DNA of 64,000 bases from the NCBI GenBank assembly GCA_017477185.1, contig JAFUXF010000004.1:53132-117131 (forward strand), given 5' to 3'. This DNA comes from Alphaproteobacteria bacterium (GTDB lineage: Bacteria; Pseudomonadota; Alphaproteobacteria; RF32; CAG-239). Positions within the stretch are counted from its first letter, which is position 1, and the number at the start of each line of letters is the position of its first letter. The notes under the pieces are model-generated. The model was given only the letters and a program-made list of their open reading frames with translations, was not told where the DNA came from and did no database searches. Shown here one piece after another: positions 43,716 through 51,407 of the stretch. The translations under genes and the position numbers were made by a program.

Positions 43716-43958
43716 ATGGGCGTTGTTTATAAAAAAGGAAGCCAAATCCGTAAAGAATATTACGAGGAACATCCTGAAATCGATTTAAATAACATCGCTT
43801 TCCTTGGCGAGCCTTTACGCCCTTATTTCAAAACGGAAGATGATTACAAGAATTTTCTTGATCATGTCCGCTTTGGTAAACATCAAGATAAAACATTAAT
43901 CCAATTGACGCTTATAGAAAGTTTAACCGATGCCATTAAACACGTTCGATCCAAATAG
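43716..43958 (+). CDS. hypothetical early protein
   Basis: GGAGGA RBS before the ATG at 43716. Confidence 0.45.
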   Translation: MGVVYKKGSQIRKEYYEEHPEIDLNNIAFLGEPLRPYFKTEDDYKNFLDHVRFGKHQDKTLIQLTLIESLTDAIKHVRSK

Positions 43959-44136
43959 TATTAGCAACCAAATTCGCGCCCTTGAAACAATTATCAATCG
44001 TTTAGGTGGTATTTACACCCACTCAGTCATTCGAGGGCGCATGACGCAAGGAACTGCAGACTTTGAATTGGCTTGTTTAGACCGAATCTTAAGCACATTA
44101 AAGAACTTAGAAAAAGGAGAATATAATGGCCAATAA
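43930..44136 (+). CDS. hypothetical early protein
   Basis: 68-aa ORF that overlaps its neighbours in operon fashion. Confidence 0.4.
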   Translation: MPLNTFDPNSISNQIRALETIINRLGGIYTHSVIRGRMTQGTADFELACLDRILSTLKNLEKGEYNGQ

Positions 44137-44440
44137 CCTGGATAATCTAAACGACATTCTGTTTCAGTCCTTAAGAAAAGTAATGGATGATAAGCTCAAT
44201 AAAGATGAGATCCAAATAGAAATTGAAAGAACTCGCGCTGTTGCGGGTACGGCTGAAAAAATAATTAATGCCGGCCAATTAGCACTTAAAGCGGCTGTCG
44301 TTATTGCTGCTCAAGACGCATCTCCTGAGCAAATGCCGGAACTTTTGGAATCTATTCCCCAACGGCCCCAAAAATTAGCACCTAAAAAACCAAATTATAA
44401 AACCATTACTGCGGAATTCGATGAGAACGAATATGAATAA
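44126..44440 (+). CDS. hypothetical early protein
   Basis: 104-aa ORF with GGAGAA upstream. Confidence 0.45.
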   Translation: MANNLDNLNDILFQSLRKVMDDKLNKDEIQIEIERTRAVAGTAEKIINAGQLALKAAVVIAAQDASPEQMPELLESIPQRPQKLAPKKPNYKTITAEFDENEYE

Positions 44441-45305
44441 GCGTTATTATACAGAAGAAGAAAAAGAATTTTTACAAGATGCCATTGTCAATAATACGGC
44501 AACAAAAGAGATTATTGCATCGTTTTTTGAAAAATTCGGCAGGAAATTAAAAGATCGAAACATTTACGATTTTAGAAAATATTACAATCTTTCAAAAACG
44601 GATTATCATTATAATGATGAGATGTTAAATTTTATCAGAGAACAGACTTTAAGCAATAAATCTGTTCCTGAAATAACTCGCGAATTGAATATTTATTTTA
44701 ACACGAGTAAAACAGTTTACTCCGTTGAAGCTGTAATCAGATATAAAAAATTAAGATTAAAGCCAAAAATTAATAAATTATCTAAAAAACAGATAAATTT
44801 CTTAAAAAAGAATGTATCAAACACATCTTTTCAAAATTTAACCGATAGTTTTAATGAAACATTCAAAACAAACTATCCTTTACAAAAAATTAAATCCTAT
44901 TGCAAAAGCCGCAAATTTTATAATGGCTTACATGGAGAAAATCTCAAAGATCTGGCCAAGCAAAAAAGCTATCCTCTTGGAACTGAAAGAAAAAATCAAG
45001 GTTTTACATACGTTAAAATTGCCAACGACAAATGGGAGTTAAAACATCGTGTTATTTGGGAAAAATATAACGGAAAAATTCCGGATAATTGTTCGGTTAT
45101 CTTTATTGACCACAATAAGAATAATTTCGATCCGAGCAATTTAGCACTTATTCGCTTACAACAAGCCTCAATGCTTGCCAAGACAAAATTTTCATATTCA
45201 GACAAACAAACGCTTGAAACTCAACTCGCTTTAGCTGATTTGCGGCTCGCAATCGGCGAAGCTGAGCGCAAACTCAAAAACAAAAACAAGAAAAGGGGGA
45301 AATAA
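44421..45305 (+). CDS. HNH endonuclease with three N-terminal Myb/SANT-like repeats (start may be 44433)
   Basis: The C-terminus WELKHRVIWEKYNGKIPDNCSVIFIDHNKNNFDPSNLALI is HNH_3-type. Three helical repeats of about 50 aa precede it. Confidence 0.7.
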   Translation: MRTNMNKRYYTEEEKEFLQDAIVNNTATKEIIASFFEKFGRKLKDRNIYDFRKYYNLSKTDYHYNDEMLNFIREQTLSNKSVPEITRELNIYFNTSKTVYSVEAVIRYKKLRLKPKINKLSKKQINFLKKNVSNTSFQNLTDSFNETFKTNYPLQKIKSYCKSRKFYNGLHGENLKDLAKQKSYPLGTERKNQGFTYVKIANDKWELKHRVIWEKYNGKIPDNCSVIFIDHNKNNFDPSNLALIRLQQASMLAKTKFSYSDKQTLETQLALADLRLAIGEAERKLKNKNKKRGK

Positions 45306-45583
45306 TGCCAAAAATCAAAAAAGTATTATCCGAACAGGGCCTGGAAGAACTCAAAGAACTTCTTGATAAGGAATGGCCGCCGATTATTGCACGCAGCAAA
45401 ATCGACGAATACACCGGCGGCACATATCAATCAGGAACTTTGGCCAATGAGGACAGCAAAGGAACAGGACCTAAAAATCCGGTTTATGGCCAAGGCGGAC
45501 GCGTTTCTTATTTGAAACCGTATTTGATTGATTGGGTTATGAATAAAGTCATCGTCAAAGAAACGATTGATCTAAACAATTAA
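45305..45583 (+). CDS. possible excisionase-like/HTH DNA-binding protein
   Basis: IARSKIDEYTGGTYQSGTLANEDSKGTGP...GGRVSYLKPYLIDWV resembles Xis/AlpA-type winged helix proteins. Confidence 0.3.
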   Translation: MPKIKKVLSEQGLEELKELLDKEWPPIIARSKIDEYTGGTYQSGTLANEDSKGTGPKNPVYGQGGRVSYLKPYLIDWVMNKVIVKETIDLNN

Positions 45584-45589
45584 CCTCAT

Positions 45590-45664
45590 AGGCGGCTTAT
45601 AAATTATCGTCCCTATCGGCGACAATTTAGGTTAAATCCACAGCCATGACTAACAAAGCCGCCT
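45590..45664. repeat. 75-bp element with 9-bp terminal inverted repeats flanked by a 7-bp direct repeat
   Basis: aggcggctt (45590-45598) and aagccgcct (45656-45664). acctcat occurs at 45583-45589 and 45665-45671. Confidence 0.6.
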
Positions 45665-45769
45665 ACCTCATGAATTTACCGGGGCGGGTATTATTATGAT
45701 CGTTTTTATTCATTTAATAAACCCCTTAATACACTCCACCGCCCCACCTTATATAAGAAAGGAATATAG

Positions 45770-46591
45770 ATGGATAATGAAAATGAAATTATAGAGGAAA
45801 AATACGGCATTTTACCGGATATGGATTGGCTGCCAATCGAACAGCTAATCATTGACGGTACTTATCAAAGAGATATTAAAGGCCGTAGATCTGAAAATAA
45901 TATAATAAAAATCATGGAAACTTTCTCTTGGAGTAAGTTTGCGCCACTTACCGTTAATGATAATCAAAACGGCACATTTTCCGTTATTGATGGCCAGCAT
46001 AGACTTGAAGCCATTAAGCGACTTGGCGATATTAAAAATGTTCCTTGCTATATAATTCCCGGAGAAACTATTCAGCAACAAGCTAAAACATTTACAGAAA
46101 CAAACCAAAATCGTGTTTGCGTCAATAATTTTGATTTATACAAGGCAAAATTAGCCTCCGGAGATAAAGAAGCTGTTAGATTAAATGATTTTTGCCTTAT
46201 GCATGATTTAATCGTTTCGCCCAATGGATCTATCCCCAATCGGCCAAATATCGTTCTAGCGATAAACACTTTCAAAAAATTATTGCGGACCAATCGAGAA
46301 AATGACCTTGATTTCGCTGTTGGCATTATAAAACAAGCGTTTCCCGCCTTAAATGGTCAATATAGAAGTGATTTAGTCGTTTACTTAGCTGACGCCAATA
46401 AAAAATATGGAACTCGCTTTAATCGTCAGGCAATTATAAACGCCCTGAGAATTTCCGGAAATGCCGATATGCTTCACCGAAAAGCCGTAAACGCTCGCTC
46501 AATTGATAGATCTATATCTCATCAATCTCATTACGAAAGAATTCTTAATAATGAATATAACCGACAATATAAATTATTGAAAGCAAAATAA
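45770..46591 (+). CDS. ParB/Srx-superfamily protein with a DGQHR motif
   Basis: YQRDIKGRRS...FAPLTVN...FSVIDGQHRLEAIKRLG. Confidence 0.65.
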   Translation: MDNENEIIEEKYGILPDMDWLPIEQLIIDGTYQRDIKGRRSENNIIKIMETFSWSKFAPLTVNDNQNGTFSVIDGQHRLEAIKRLGDIKNVPCYIIPGETIQQQAKTFTETNQNRVCVNNFDLYKAKLASGDKEAVRLNDFCLMHDLIVSPNGSIPNRPNIVLAINTFKKLLRTNRENDLDFAVGIIKQAFPALNGQYRSDLVVYLADANKKYGTRFNRQAIINALRISGNADMLHRKAVNARSIDRSISHQSHYERILNNEYNRQYKLLKAK

Positions 46592-46804
46592 ATGGACAGT
46601 TTGACATCATCCCCGGCCAATAGAGAATTAATCCGGTTATTTTTAGAAGCATCCGGCCTTGTTATTAAACTTACGCACAAACTCGAAAATGCCAATATTC
46701 CGGATTCTGATCTTCATTTAGCAGCCGCACGAGATTTTATCCACCGCAACCAACTTTATAACATCTCTTTAGGCGTTATTGCTAAGGATATGCCTGAAGA
46801 CTAA
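46592..46804 (+). CDS. hypothetical early protein
   Basis: 70-aa ORF abutting the previous stop. Confidence 0.4.
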   Translation: MDSLTSSPANRELIRLFLEASGLVIKLTHKLENANIPDSDLHLAAARDFIHRNQLYNISLGVIAKDMPED

Positions 46805-46894
46805 CCAAGAAAGGACTTAAAATGAAACACTTATTCAGAAAGATAAAACTTCAATTTTACAAAATATTTGTCGCTAGTTGGGAGGACCGCCTCG

Positions 46895-47035
46895 ATGATG
46901 AGTAAAAAAGAAAAATCAGCTTTGCTAAATGTCATTTTTTATATTTTCGGCTGCATTACATATCTGGCCGGCGCGAAAATACCTGATCACATCGCCAAGG
47001 ATTTGGAAATTCTTGGTTTCAAAAAAGAGGAATAG
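46895..47035 (+). CDS. small membrane protein (46 aa)
   Basis: GGGAGGA RBS at 46880-46886. Hand translation: MMSKKEKSALLNVIFYIFGCITYLAGAK... Confidence 0.4.
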   Translation: MMSKKEKSALLNVIFYIFGCITYLAGAKIPDHIAKDLEILGFKKEE

Positions 47036-47037
47036 TC

Positions 47038-47232
47038 ATGCCAAAACTTCTTGTCACTTCAACGGTAAATATCACAGACGAATGTCTGCGATTGTTTGCT
47101 GAAAGCTGTCAAAATGTTTTTCCAAATGTAACGGCTGAGCAATTTCTCAAAGATATTTATTCCGGAAATAAAGCAACGCTTGAATATCCGGATCATACTG
47201 CAAGCACTTATGAAATAGTAAAGGAGAATTAA
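47038..47232 (+). CDS. hypothetical early protein
   Basis: 64-aa ORF starting 2 nt after the previous stop. Confidence 0.4.
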   Translation: MPKLLVTSTVNITDECLRLFAESCQNVFPNVTAEQFLKDIYSGNKATLEYPDHTASTYEIVKEN

Positions 47233-47235
47233 ATC

Positions 47236-47535
47236 ATGGTTGAACAAACATCTGAAACAATAGACGATTTGCAAAATATAATTGCCGATCTGAATGCGAC
47301 TATAAACGACCAACGCCATAGCTTAATTTATGAAAAATTAAATAAATTAAAACTAACCGACGAACTTGGCAAAGTAAGAAAAATTATGGACACCGCTTTA
47401 GTTGCCTTAGCTGAAATTGATCTTCTTACAAAATCAGCCAAACAGGGCGTCCATTACGCGCCTTTGGCCTGCATTCAACAAGTGCAACAAATTGTCGGCT
47501 ATTCCTTAGAAATGATAGAGGAAAAGAAAAAATGA
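47236..47535 (+). CDS. hypothetical early protein (coiled coil)
   Basis: 99-aa ORF with AAGGAG upstream. Confidence 0.45.
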   Translation: MVEQTSETIDDLQNIIADLNATINDQRHSLIYEKLNKLKLTDELGKVRKIMDTALVALAEIDLLTKSAKQGVHYAPLACIQQVQQIVGYSLEMIEEKKK

Positions 47536-47687
47536 TCCGGCGATTACTTTGTTTATTGGGATTTCATAAATGGCACGACTTAAGAATTTATGAATATGAT
47601 GGATTTTATATCGGTTGCCTGCAATCAACAAAATGTAAAGAAATAACAAGATGCCAATATTGTGGAAAGGAGAAAAAGGAACAATGA
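47532..47687 (+). CDS. small Cys/His-containing protein (51 aa)
   Basis: ATGA overlap with the previous stop. Hand translation: MIRRLLCLLGFHKWHDL...CKEITRCQYCGKEK. Confidence 0.4.
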   Translation: MIRRLLCLLGFHKWHDLRIYEYDGFYIGCLQSTKCKEITRCQYCGKEKKEQ

Positions 47688-47757
47688 TGATATTATGGGG
47701 ACTAATTACCGGCTTTTTCTTTGGATTTTGCACCGGCTTTATTATAAGAGGTGAAAA

Positions 47758-47988
47758 ATGACTAAAGCATTAAAATTTATTGAAAATAGTCAAAAATATA
47801 TTCCTTACGACTTACCAGATGGCGCAAGTCTTTATGAGGAAGATTTTAATACAGAAGTTTCTTGTTGTAGTAGCGGCAAGAAAATAAAATTTAATGACAG
47901 TTATACATCTCGACATATTCACACAGAGGACGGAATTGGGTATGCAGAATGTGAAACATGCTATTTCGGAGAACATAATGAACGATAG
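47758..47988 (+). CDS. hypothetical early protein
   Basis: 76-aa ORF with a Cys-rich C-terminus. Confidence 0.4.
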   Translation: MTKALKFIENSQKYIPYDLPDGASLYEEDFNTEVSCCSSGKKIKFNDSYTSRHIHTEDGIGYAECETCYFGEHNER

Positions 47989-48349
47989 ATTTAAGTTTAG
48001 ATGTTATAACAAGAATGACAATACAATATATGATGTCTATAGTTTTGACAAAAATTTTATTAAAGCAAATCCAATAAATACTTGTGTTAATTCAATACGA
48101 ACATTTAAAACTTCTGATTGCATTTTAATGCAATGCACCGGCTTAAAGGATAAAAACGATAAACCTATTTTTGAGGGCGATTGGTTAAAAACAAAAGACG
48201 GCTCTTACTGTTATGTCGTATGGTTTAACGGCTTTTGGTGGGTAAAGTCCTTGCCGAGCGAGGCAATGGATTTAGAACACGCCGAATTTTACAAAGAATG
48301 TGAAATTGTAGGCAATATTCACGAAAACAAGGAGCTATTAGATGAGTAA
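47978..48349 (+). CDS. YopX family protein
   Basis: MQCTGLKDKNDKPIFEGDWLK and EIVGNIHENKELLD. Start at MNDRFKF with a GGAGAA RBS. Confidence 0.7.
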   Translation: MNDRFKFRCYNKNDNTIYDVYSFDKNFIKANPINTCVNSIRTFKTSDCILMQCTGLKDKNDKPIFEGDWLKTKDGSYCYVVWFNGFWWVKSLPSEAMDLEHAEFYKECEIVGNIHENKELLDE

Positions 48350-48572
48350 CCTTGAAGAATTAAGCTATGCCATAATCTCGGAACTGAGAGACCAGTTAGA
48401 GGCTAAAGAGCAGATGATTAAGAACTTAACAGAATTGCTTAATGAAATAGACGGTGTTTATTCAGTGGGAATAAATAAATCAGAAACAGAACAAGATGAG
48501 TATGTTCTTTATCAAGAAACTTTTACAAAGCTCGATGAGCTTTTCAGAAAATGGGAGGCAATTAGAAAATGA
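48342..48572 (+). CDS. hypothetical early protein
   Basis: 76-aa ORF overlapping its neighbours. Confidence 0.4.
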   Translation: MSNLEELSYAIISELRDQLEAKEQMIKNLTELLNEIDGVYSVGINKSETEQDEYVLYQETFTKLDELFRKWEAIRK

Positions 48573-48790
48573 CACAGAGAATATTTGATATTAAAAACGA
48601 AAAAGATATGCAGGATTTATGGAATATATTGCCTGATAAAATAGTTCGCATATTTTTAGAACAGATTCAGTGTTTTGATAGACCAAGAACTATGGTAGAA
48701 TATTTAGATACTCAAAAAGATTTTTTTACCAGTCTTATCGCTATCGACTGGCACGTTCAAAGTCGCCAAGCAAATCGAGGCCTTGCATGA
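48569..48790 (+). CDS. hypothetical early protein
   Basis: 73-aa ORF with an ATGA overlap with the previous gene. Confidence 0.35.
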   Translation: MTQRIFDIKNEKDMQDLWNILPDKIVRIFLEQIQCFDRPRTMVEYLDTQKDFFTSLIAIDWHVQSRQANRGLA

Positions 48791-49121
48791 AAGATTGCAA
48801 GATGTTTATATTGAATGCTTGCCATATCAAGAAGTTATCCGGCGTTATGACCGGCCGACAGCTTTATTCTATCTTGATCCGCCTTATTGGAATTGTGAAA
48901 ATGATTATGGCAAAGGAATATTTGGAAAATCCGATTTTTCTAATCTGGCCAATATTCTTAAGGATATTAAAGGCAAATTTATAATGAGTATAAATGACGT
49001 TCCGGAAATCCGAGAAATATTTAAGGATTTTCATATAAAAGAAGTCAAAACAATCTACACAGCAGGCACTCAAACCGGCAAGACAGCGAATGAGCTTCTA
49101 ATCAGCAACGATTCTATATAA
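48783..49121 (+). pseudogene. DNA adenine methyltransferase (Dam/D12 class), C-terminal part only
   Basis: RLQDVYIECLPYQEVIRRYDRPTALFYLDPPYW...GKFIMSINDVPEIREIF. No N-terminal AdoMet-binding region appears in any frame. The frame is open only back to 48708. Confidence 0.55.
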
Positions 49122-49160
49122 TATACAATGCAAATTTCTGCTCATTTATGCACAAAGTAA

Positions 49161-49185
49161 AAGCCCTTTTTAGGGCTTTTATTTT
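49161..49185 (+). terminator. Rho-independent terminator ending the right early operon
   Basis: Stem aagccct/agggctt followed by a T-rich run. Confidence 0.65.
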
Positions 49186-49313
49186 CACATAATTTCACAC
49201 AGTTTAATAATAAAAAGCGGGGCTATGGCGGGGCTAAATTCAGTTTTTTATAAAAAGCGGGACTGATTATTTGATTTTAGGCAAAAGAAAAGCCCTTGAT
49301 TTACAAGGACTTG

Positions 49314-49361
49314 AATTGGTGGGCGCTGAGAGGTTCGAACTCCCGACCCTCTCGGTGTAAA
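49314..49361. repeat. att core copy inside the intact tRNA-Val
   Basis: Identical to 17555-17602. Confidence 0.9.
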
Positions 49362-49392
49362 CGAGATGCTCTTCCAGCTGAGCTAAGCGCCC
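49317..49392 (-). tRNA. tRNA-Val (anticodon TAC)
   Basis: 76-nt cloverleaf folded by hand: acceptor GGGCGCT/AGCGCCC, anticodon loop TTTACAC, T-loop TTCGAAC, encoded CCA. Confidence 0.85.
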
Positions 49393-49480
49393 ATCCTCTG
49401 TAACAGAAATGCTTATACACTCTTAAAATAAAATAATCAAGTAAAAAAATATAAAATTTTATTTTTCTCTGAACAGTCAC

Positions 49481-49508
49481 AAAAAAACGGCGGTTATTTA
49501 GCCGCCGT
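49481..49508 (-). terminator. Rho-independent terminator of hupB
   Basis: Stem acggcgg/ccgccgt with T7 on the minus strand. Confidence 0.65.
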
Positions 49509-49542
49509 CAGACAATAATCAGCCCTGTACTGGGATGAAACC

Positions 49543-49824
49543 TTATTTCTTGTTGTTTACAGAATTTTGTAAAGCTTTACCTGCTTTGAATTTAGCTTGC
49601 TTACGAGCAGGAACTTTAATTGTAGCACCTGTGCGAGGATTGCGTGCTGTTGTGGCTGAGCGTTGAGAAACTGAAAAAGTACCAAAACCAACCAAACGAA
49701 TTTCATCACCTTTCTTCAAAGCGTAAGAAACAGAAGATAAGAAAGCATCTAATGCCTTTGCTGAAGCTGTTTTGGTTAAACCTGTTTCATTAGCAATGCT
49801 AGAAATCAATTCATTTTTATTCAT
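49543..49824 (-). CDS. hupB: DNA-binding protein HU
   Basis: Begins MNKNELISSIA and contains GFGTFSVSQRSATTARNPRTGATIKVPA. Confidence 0.9.
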   Translation of the reverse strand: MNKNELISSIANETGLTKTASAKALDAFLSSVSYALKKGDEIRLVGFGTFSVSQRSATTARNPRTGATIKVPARKQAKFKAGKALQNSVNNKK

Positions 49825-50161
49825 TATTAAGGTCTCCCTCTAAAATTATTAAAAAAACAAGAGTGGCAAGGTTTACCGCCCTTACAAAGAAAATTTAAGC
49901 GTTAAAAATTTTGAGAGTCAAACAAAATAAAGAGTTTTCAGCTAAAAATAAGAAATTTTTTGAAATTTAGGACAATTTTGAAGGGTTGAGACCCCCATTT
50001 TAGAGAAAATTTTTGCTAAAACGGATTATTTCTGCGATTCGGAAAAATTGCAGAAGGCGGGTCTTTTAGGAGAATAGAAAAAAGCGAATCGGTAATTTGT
50101 CTTGAATAATTATTAAAAATGTGTTAATTTTGGCATAAATCAACGGTAAGGAGAACAAAGA

Positions 50162-50746
50162 ATGCTTAAAAACTTCTATATTTTCCGTAACGGTCAGAGT
50201 TCATATAATCTTGCCGGTAGATTGCAGGGGCAAAGTAATGATTCGGTCTTAACAGAAAAGGGTATTACTCAGGCAATCGGTACCGCGAAGTTTCTTCAGG
50301 ATAAAAATATTGATATTGTGATTTCCAGTCCGCAACGGCGTGCTAAGCAGACAGGGCGTATCGTTGCAGAAACACTTAATAAACAGATTCAATATGACAG
50401 CCGGCTGATTGAGGCTAATCTCGGAGTCGCTGATGGGATGCCTATTAATAAGTTATCAAAGAAAAATGCAGATGTTTTGCGCCAATGGCGAGATTGTCAA
50501 AGCAGAGATGATCATACACGTTTTGAAAGAGGAGAAAGCAGGAAAGAACTTCGTACAAGGGTTCTCGCTGCTTTACAAGATTTTGCCAATAGTCCTTATC
50601 AAAATATGGCTGTCTCCAGTCACAATTTTTCTATTATCGAAGCCTTGCATAGTTTGCAAATCGCAAAAAATGAGCTGGATAATGGGGAGATTGTCCATCT
50701 TCAGTATGATGGCAATAACTGGAAATATGTTCAAAGTTTAAATTAA
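50162..50746 (+). CDS. histidine-phosphatase (PGAM-like) family protein with an atypical RNG motif
   Basis: FRNGQSSYNLAGRLQG..D..LTEKG and SSPQRRAKQT. The usual RHG catalytic His is Asn here. Confidence 0.6.
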   Translation: MLKNFYIFRNGQSSYNLAGRLQGQSNDSVLTEKGITQAIGTAKFLQDKNIDIVISSPQRRAKQTGRIVAETLNKQIQYDSRLIEANLGVADGMPINKLSKKNADVLRQWRDCQSRDDHTRFERGESRKELRTRVLAALQDFANSPYQNMAVSSHNFSIIEALHSLQIAKNELDNGEIVHLQYDGNNWKYVQSLN

Positions 50747-50750
50747 AAAA

Positions 50751-50885
50751 TTATTCGTAGATAAACTCGTCTTTGCCAACACCACACGCCGGGCAAACCC
50801 AATCTTCAGGCAATTCTTCAAAAGGGATTTCTCCTTCATAAATGTAACCGCATACTTTACAAACCCAATGTTTTTCTACTGACAT
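50751..50885 (-). CDS. rubredoxin
   Basis: 44 aa: [13 protein letters not shown]...WVCPACG, i.e. two CxxC pairs. AAGGAGA RBS. The upstream extension in the ORF track is rejected. Confidence 0.8.
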   Translation of the reverse strand: MSVEKHWVCKVCGYIYEGEIPFEELPEDWVCPACGVGKDEFIYE

Positions 50886-50955
50886 TATTATTCTCCTTTT
50901 TAGGGTTAATATGATCAGAAAAGATATAAGATATGTTTTTTGAAAAACAAGAGGG

Positions 50956-51171
50956 TTAGTAATGTGGCGGAGGAGTCTCTTCGCTTTGCGGTTTAACCGA
51001 ATCGCTTTCCAATACAGATAGCAAATATTGATTCTGGCGTATGAGGTTATCAATTTGCTTGCCTTGCATAATTACAACCTGATTTAAGTCATCAATGATC
51101 TTATCCTGATTAGCAATTGCGGTTTCTATATTTATAAAACGTTGTTCAATTTCCGTCATTATTTTCTCCAT
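50956..51171 (-). CDS. slyX: SlyX family protein
   Basis: [36 protein letters not shown], a coiled coil typical of SlyX. Confidence 0.65.
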   Translation of the reverse strand: MEKIMTEIEQRFINIETAIANQDKIIDDLNQVVIMQGKQIDNLIRQNQYLLSVLESDSVKPQSEETPPPHY

Positions 51172-51321
51172 TTATGTGCATCATAGCTCCCAGTTCACTG
51201 AAATGCAACGAAATTTTTTGGTATATAGAACCTTATCGGCGGATTTATGCGAGTCTGAAAAAAAGTGAAAAATTTTGAGTTTCTAACCTCTTCATTTTAC
51301 ACTATATTTTAAAAGATGTGG

Positions 51322-51368
51322 ATACTATATATTGTTTGTTTACTTTTTGTTAACGCAATATATAGTAT
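51322..51368. promoter_or_regulatory. pair of NrdR boxes
   Basis: atactatatattgttt (51322-51337) and the inverted copy acgcaatatatagtat (51353-51368), centres 31 bp apart. A weaker box lies at 51299-51314. Confidence 0.6.
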
Positions 51369-51407
51369 ATTTTAGTTAAATAAACACAAGCAAAGGAGAT
51401 GTTAAAA

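Larger units (their letters stand above)
17555..49361. mobile_element. temperate prophage (~31.8 kb) integrated in tRNA-Val(TAC)
   Basis: Perfect 48-bp direct repeats lie at both ends. The interior holds integrase, lysis, virion, packaging, replication, cro/cI and early modules. Confidence 0.9.

Noticed and set aside
17555-49361. Search for a reverse transcriptase (DGR or retron) or other known multi-gene defence systems in the prophage
   Set aside because: No ORF shows RT motifs (YxDD), and I saw no template/variable repeat pair near the fibre genes. I recognised no CBASS, Thoeris, Gabija or Septu-type domains by eye. Only the toxin-antitoxin-like candidates reported above were seen.
50886-51053. 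56-codon N-terminal extension of the rubredoxin ORF overlapping slyX
   Set aside because: The extension is basic, low-complexity sequence that overlaps the slyX 3' end. The conserved rubredoxin core starts at the Met at 50885, which has a strong RBS.
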